From IMG/VR virus record IMGVR_UViG_3300042945_003044: 64,000 bases of DNA; one strand, 5' to 3'. Numbering within the stretch: the first letter of the stretch is position 1; each line of letters opens with the position of its first letter. Made by a program: the position numbers and the translations under genes. Under the pieces are notes generated by a model that saw only the letters and a program-made list of their open reading frames with translations, was not told the origin of the DNA and searched no databases. Shown here one piece after another: positions 60,278-64,000 of this stretch. The stretch comes from a virus.

Positions 60278-61005
60278 GATAGCACCTCTTTTAAAGCGTT
60301 TTGTATCTCCATGCATTGTTCATATATAGACATTTGATCATTATCTATAACAAAACTAAAATTATTCCAGTCGTACTGATCTTTGTCTAAAATATTTTCA
60401 CTAATATGATCAGATTCGTATGGACTACGCGTTAATCTAATAACGTGTCCACCACTATTTTTAATAATATCTACCTCGTTAGGAAATCTACAATCTGTAA
60501 TAATTGCTATTTTTGGCGCTTCTCTCTGTATCTTTCTGATAGTAGCATCTGCCCAAATATTAGGGCTTAATTTACGAAATATATCTGTGCCAATATACTG
60601 CATAACTTCTCTCGCTGTCATTGCAGCCCCGTCTAATTCTAAGCTGGTAAGACTATTTTTGGCATCTTCATTTCCATAACACTGATCACGACTCAGACCA
60701 AGAATATTGATACAAATATCTTTTTTTAAGGTATCAGCAAAATTATATATTTTGATATAAGGATTGAGCCTTTCTCTAATCTCCATTAGTATATAATCAT
60801 CAGTATCGTTAACCAGCTGCTCAGCATCATAAATGCCTTTGTAGCTTCTATTACCCAGTAAGTCCGATACGATAATTTTACCATTATTATCTATTTTAAT
60901 GTCCCCAGCCAACCCGAGCTTAGACATACATAATGATACAATAAAATTACCGGATGTTGTTTTTCCAGACTGTTTTTTACCAGAAAATCCTAGAATCAGT
61001 GTCAC
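60271..61005 (-). CDS. Deoxynucleoside monophosphate kinase
   Basis: P-loop 'GFSGKKQSGKTT', 'FADTLK', 'REVMQYIGTD', 'ITDCRFPNE', 'HISE'; GTG start. Confidence 0.88.
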   Translation of the reverse strand: MTLILGFSGKKQSGKTTSGNFIVSLCMSKLGLAGDIKIDNNGKIIVSDLLGNRSYKGIYDAEQLVNDTDDYILMEIRERLNPYIKIYNFADTLKKDICINILGLSRDQCYGNEDAKNSLTSLELDGAAMTAREVMQYIGTDIFRKLSPNIWADATIRKIQREAPKIAIITDCRFPNEVDIIKNSGGHVIRLTRSPYESDHISENILDKDQYDWNNFSFVIDNDQMSIYEQCMEIQNALKEVLSL

Positions 61006-62177
61006 AATATTTCTCCTATCTTTGGCCTAATATATTTATTAATTTCTTCCACCGTCATATCCCCAACATCTGCATAATTAACAGAATGCTCTTGGCATAT
61101 ATTTTCTAGTCTTATATGATCTATTAAATAGGTTCTTGAACACTTATTCGTTATGCTCTCTGCGGCTTTAAGGCCAGCTTCGTCATTGTCCATAATCGTA
61201 ATAATCTTCATAGCACCAGATATGTCTAATAACATTTTTTGCTTATCGCTGAGTGAAGAACCGAAAACAGCTACTGCATTATATATGCCCGCTTCTTCTA
61301 GCCTCCAGACATTGCCGGGGCTTTCTACTATGATTACTGTTTTAGTATCAGTTATATGATTTTTAGCATTCCATATATTGTACAAATTTTCTTCACTTCT
61401 AAAACCAGAACTATGTCTCCATTTAGATATTGTTTTACTGGGACATGTAGTTTCTGGACTATGAAAAGATGAACACTTAGAACACTTATCAAATATGCTT
61501 CTGCCAGTACAGGCCACCACCCACTTACCAGTTAGATCATAGATAGGCACTACTGCTCTCAAATACATCTCTTTATTAGGTTTGAGACATTCTCCGACAT
61601 CAAATTTTTTCAGAATTTCGCTAGAAAAGCCCCTAGACAAAAAGTATGGCGAAGGAATATCTAGTGATTTTTTAACCAAATTTTTATCTATTTTAATAAT
61701 ATCTCTATTGATATGTTCTTTTGATAGATACTTTATGGTATTGGAGAACTTTTGTTTTTCTATTTCTTTAGAATCTACATTTAGTTGATCAATATTCTTT
61801 TCGCCGAGAATATCGTTGATCACTGCTATTGTTTCTTGAAAAGAAACTGTTGGGTCTCCATCTTTAACCCAATTAAATTTTTTATGGGACAATACCCCAC
61901 GTATAAAACCTATCACAGATGCCTTAAAAACCTTTTCACACTGATGCGTTCTACATTTCCAATTGCCTCTATATGTATCTCCTTCGTGATATAGGTTTAA
62001 AGCAGACTCGTTGTCTCCTCCGTGTATAGGGCAGCTCATAGTCAGCATTCTAGACATAAGCCGATATTCAGAAATATCTAGTCTAGATAAAACTTCTTCT
62101 ATATTATCACAAATATTATCCGATAATACTTTTAACTGATTTTGATTATACGAAGTCGATTTGATCTTTATTTTCAT
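61002..62177 (-). CDS. dnaG: DNA primase
   Basis: Zn domain 'CPIHGGDN..WKC..C'; 'YFLSRG', 'RAVVPIYD..G..VACTGR'; TOPRIM 'IVESPGNV', 'MDNDEAG'. ATG 62177 is the likely start. Confidence 0.88.
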   Translation of the reverse strand: MKIKIKSTSYNQNQLKVLSDNICDNIEEVLSRLDISEYRLMSRMLTMSCPIHGGDNESALNLYHEGDTYRGNWKCRTHQCEKVFKASVIGFIRGVLSHKKFNWVKDGDPTVSFQETIAVINDILGEKNIDQLNVDSKEIEKQKFSNTIKYLSKEHINRDIIKIDKNLVKKSLDIPSPYFLSRGFSSEILKKFDVGECLKPNKEMYLRAVVPIYDLTGKWVVACTGRSIFDKCSKCSSFHSPETTCPSKTISKWRHSSGFRSEENLYNIWNAKNHITDTKTVIIVESPGNVWRLEEAGIYNAVAVFGSSLSDKQKMLLDISGAMKIITIMDNDEAGLKAAESITNKCSRTYLIDHIRLENICQEHSVNYADVGDMTVEEINKYIRPKIGEIL

Positions 62178-63624
62178 CGATTGTAAAGCCATTAGTTTTT
62201 ATACCCAAATTATTTTTAAGTTCTATTCTTGTTTGACCTTCGGAAATTTTGGCGCACCAACCCTTCATGTGACAATTAATATAATCATTGTCGTCGAGCC
62301 CTCCGCCATGACGACTTATTACAGGTATAAGCTTTCTGTTCCCCGCTTCTGGTCCGTCTTCTGCTATTTCTTCATCTGACTTACGCTTAAATATAGTAAA
62401 ATTACTGCAAAGCCATATGATTCGATCCGATCCAGATGCGGTGTCTGTGCTTTCTTTGGATATGCCGTCTCTATTTAATTGTACAAACGCCACGATTGGT
62501 AGCTTATATTTGCAAGCAAAATTATGAAGAGCGGTCATCATAAACCCTAGAACCTGATATTCCTTCATGTCTTGAGATATACCAGCAGAGTCCATGAGCT
62601 TTAGATAGTCATAAAATATAACGCAATCTTTAGCGGTTCCATCGTCATTCAGTCCAACTTCTTTAATGAGCCATCTTTTCATCATAGATATTTGTTCATC
62701 AAAGGGCTTACCGGCAATGCTTTTATGAAAAATGGGCGTTTGTTTTAAATCCTCTACTGCTTTGAGTACCTTTTCTTTCATAGCTGGCGTCTCTGCGAAT
62801 TTGCCGGTTTCTATTTTTGACATTTCGACCTCGGCGCTCATAGCTATGAGTCTGTGTATATGGTCTTCTTTGGTCATTTCTGTGTCCATATTTAAGACCG
62901 GAATTTTTAGCTTATTGGCGATATGAAAACCTATATTATCAGACAATAATGTTTTACCGACTTTCGGTCTAGCTGCTATCACATTGATAGTGCTTTTTCT
63001 AAGTCCACCGCCTATAGCCATGTCGTATACAGGAAACCCAGTGGGTATACCCATCTGACTAATCGGATTATCTATTAGATTATTGATATAATCATCTAGG
63101 TTTTTACTAATCGACTCCGGTTCAGTAGCATTATCCACCAGCCCTGTAGAAAAATCAAGTATCGTGTCTTCCGCGATAGAAAGAATAGACGATATGCTTT
63201 CGGTGCCGGTAATATCTAATAGCTTCTCTTGAGTATCTCCGAGCGATTTATATAGGTCTCTTGCTATTTCTAGCTTTTTTATCTTTGCGGCAAATTTTTT
63301 AACATTAGATTTTTCAACAGGGAAATCTCTAATGGCCTGTAAATGCTGAACCTCTTCCTTTTTTTGTAATAGGTGAGATATCCCTAGTTCTTGGGCAGCT
63401 GAGTATATGGATGCTATATCTAGTTTTTTCGTACTAATAGTATCTGTATGTTCTGTTTTTCCAACAGATAATACATGAGCTAAGCATTTATATATATATT
63501 GATTACTGTCTATAGTAAATGTTGATTCTTTAAGAAGATCACATACTTCAAGATAAGAGTCATCGCCATATTGGAATATACCGCTTAGAACTGCTCTTTC
63601 TGCGGCAGGGTCGCATAGTATCAT
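62146..63624 (-). CDS. dnaB: Replicative DNA helicase
   Basis: 'AERAVLS', 'GIPTGF', Walker A 'AARPKVGKT', 'DTEM', Walker B 'IFYDYLKL', 'VQLNR', 'SRHG'. Confidence 0.95.
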   Translation of the reverse strand: MILCDPAAERAVLSGIFQYGDDSYLEVCDLLKESTFTIDSNQYIYKCLAHVLSVGKTEHTDTISTKKLDIASIYSAAQELGISHLLQKKEEVQHLQAIRDFPVEKSNVKKFAAKIKKLEIARDLYKSLGDTQEKLLDITGTESISSILSIAEDTILDFSTGLVDNATEPESISKNLDDYINNLIDNPISQMGIPTGFPVYDMAIGGGLRKSTINVIAARPKVGKTLLSDNIGFHIANKLKIPVLNMDTEMTKEDHIHRLIAMSAEVEMSKIETGKFAETPAMKEKVLKAVEDLKQTPIFHKSIAGKPFDEQISMMKRWLIKEVGLNDDGTAKDCVIFYDYLKLMDSAGISQDMKEYQVLGFMMTALHNFACKYKLPIVAFVQLNRDGISKESTDTASGSDRIIWLCSNFTIFKRKSDEEIAEDGPEAGNRKLIPVISRHGGGLDDNDYINCHMKGWCAKISEGQTRIELKNNLGIKTNGFTIDENKDQIDFV

Positions 63625-63631
63625 ATATTTA

Positions 63632-64000
63632 TTAGCCTTGTGTGGTTGAGCACTTGTTACACTTATATCTCGCAGCGCCTTCTGTTATTAGCTGCGGATG
63701 TACACTTTCCGACCTGCCGCATAATCTACAAGTAACCTTGACAGGAGTATAGTTTCTATTACGAGATACGGGAGGCTGCTTACTCAATATTCTGTCTATG
63801 TCGATATCTTCTTTATGCATATGCAGCTCTGGCATACTCAAAAATTTATTGGAACTATTGCGCCCTGTAGTAGACTTAATAGGCTTATGCTGAGATGTCT
63901 TCTTCTTTGTTGTCTTTGTCTTTTTATTGGCTTTGGGTTCTTCTAGAACTTCCGGAGCATCATCCATCAGCCCTTTTTGTAAAATAGCTATAAGTTGCTG
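63632..64000 (-). CDS. Hypothetical basic zinc-ribbon protein, 5'-truncated by the window edge
   Basis: Frame is open to the window end (QQLIAILQKGL-MDD...); CRLC..CNKC at the C-terminus; immediately upstream of dnaB. Confidence 0.65.
   Translation of the reverse strand, partial: QQLIAILQKGLMDDAPEVLEEPKANKKTKTTKKKTSQHKPIKSTTGRNSSNKFLSMPELHMHKEDIDIDRILSKQPPVSRNRNYTPVKVTCRLCGRSESVHPQLITEGAARYKCNKCSTTQG

Noticed and set aside
59234-60316. CRISPR-Cas system suggested by the Cas4-like protein
   Set aside because: No repeat-spacer array or other cas genes; solo Cas4/AddB-like nucleases are common in phage replication modules.
1-64000. Stop-codon reassignment, as seen in some large phages
   Set aside because: The standard code gives near-complete coding density with multi-kb ORFs, and TAA, TAG and TGA all end genes at sensible boundaries.

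Overview
A 64-kb, AT-rich, very gene-dense segment of a large (probably jumbo) tailed dsDNA bacteriophage read in the standard genetic code. It has two convergent blocks. The + strand (1-46023) is a virion/tail morphogenesis region: neck/tail-completion genes, a tail tube gene, two paralogous chaperone-like genes, a 3702-aa tape measure protein (TMP), a fibre gene, nine genes carrying Cys-rich repeat domains and/or mucin-like Pro/Thr tracts, and three large tail-tip/hub-like genes. The - strand (46036-64000) is a replication/modification region: DnaB, DnaG, dNMP kinase, a Cas4/AddB-like nuclease, a DNA polymerase III alpha split into two genes around a DEDDh exonuclease and a mini-ORF, SSB, a glycosyltransferase/nucleotidyltransferase cluster, a Vsr/DUF559-type endonuclease and a putative annealing protein. 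The strongest candidates for new biology are (i) a TMP organised like a polyprotein, with repeated double-glycine linkers delimiting globular 'cargo' segments, (ii) an expanded family of Cys-bracketed domains joined by mucin-like stalks, one with a circularly permuted FGE-sulfatase/C-type-lectin domain inserted in a loop, near a phage glycosylation cluster, (iii) an intein-less split DnaE, and (iv) a candidate phage late-promoter motif GGTGTAT(A/T)(A/T). All assignments come from reading motifs and synteny by eye; no database search was run. No tRNA, rRNA, CRISPR array or integrase was recognised.
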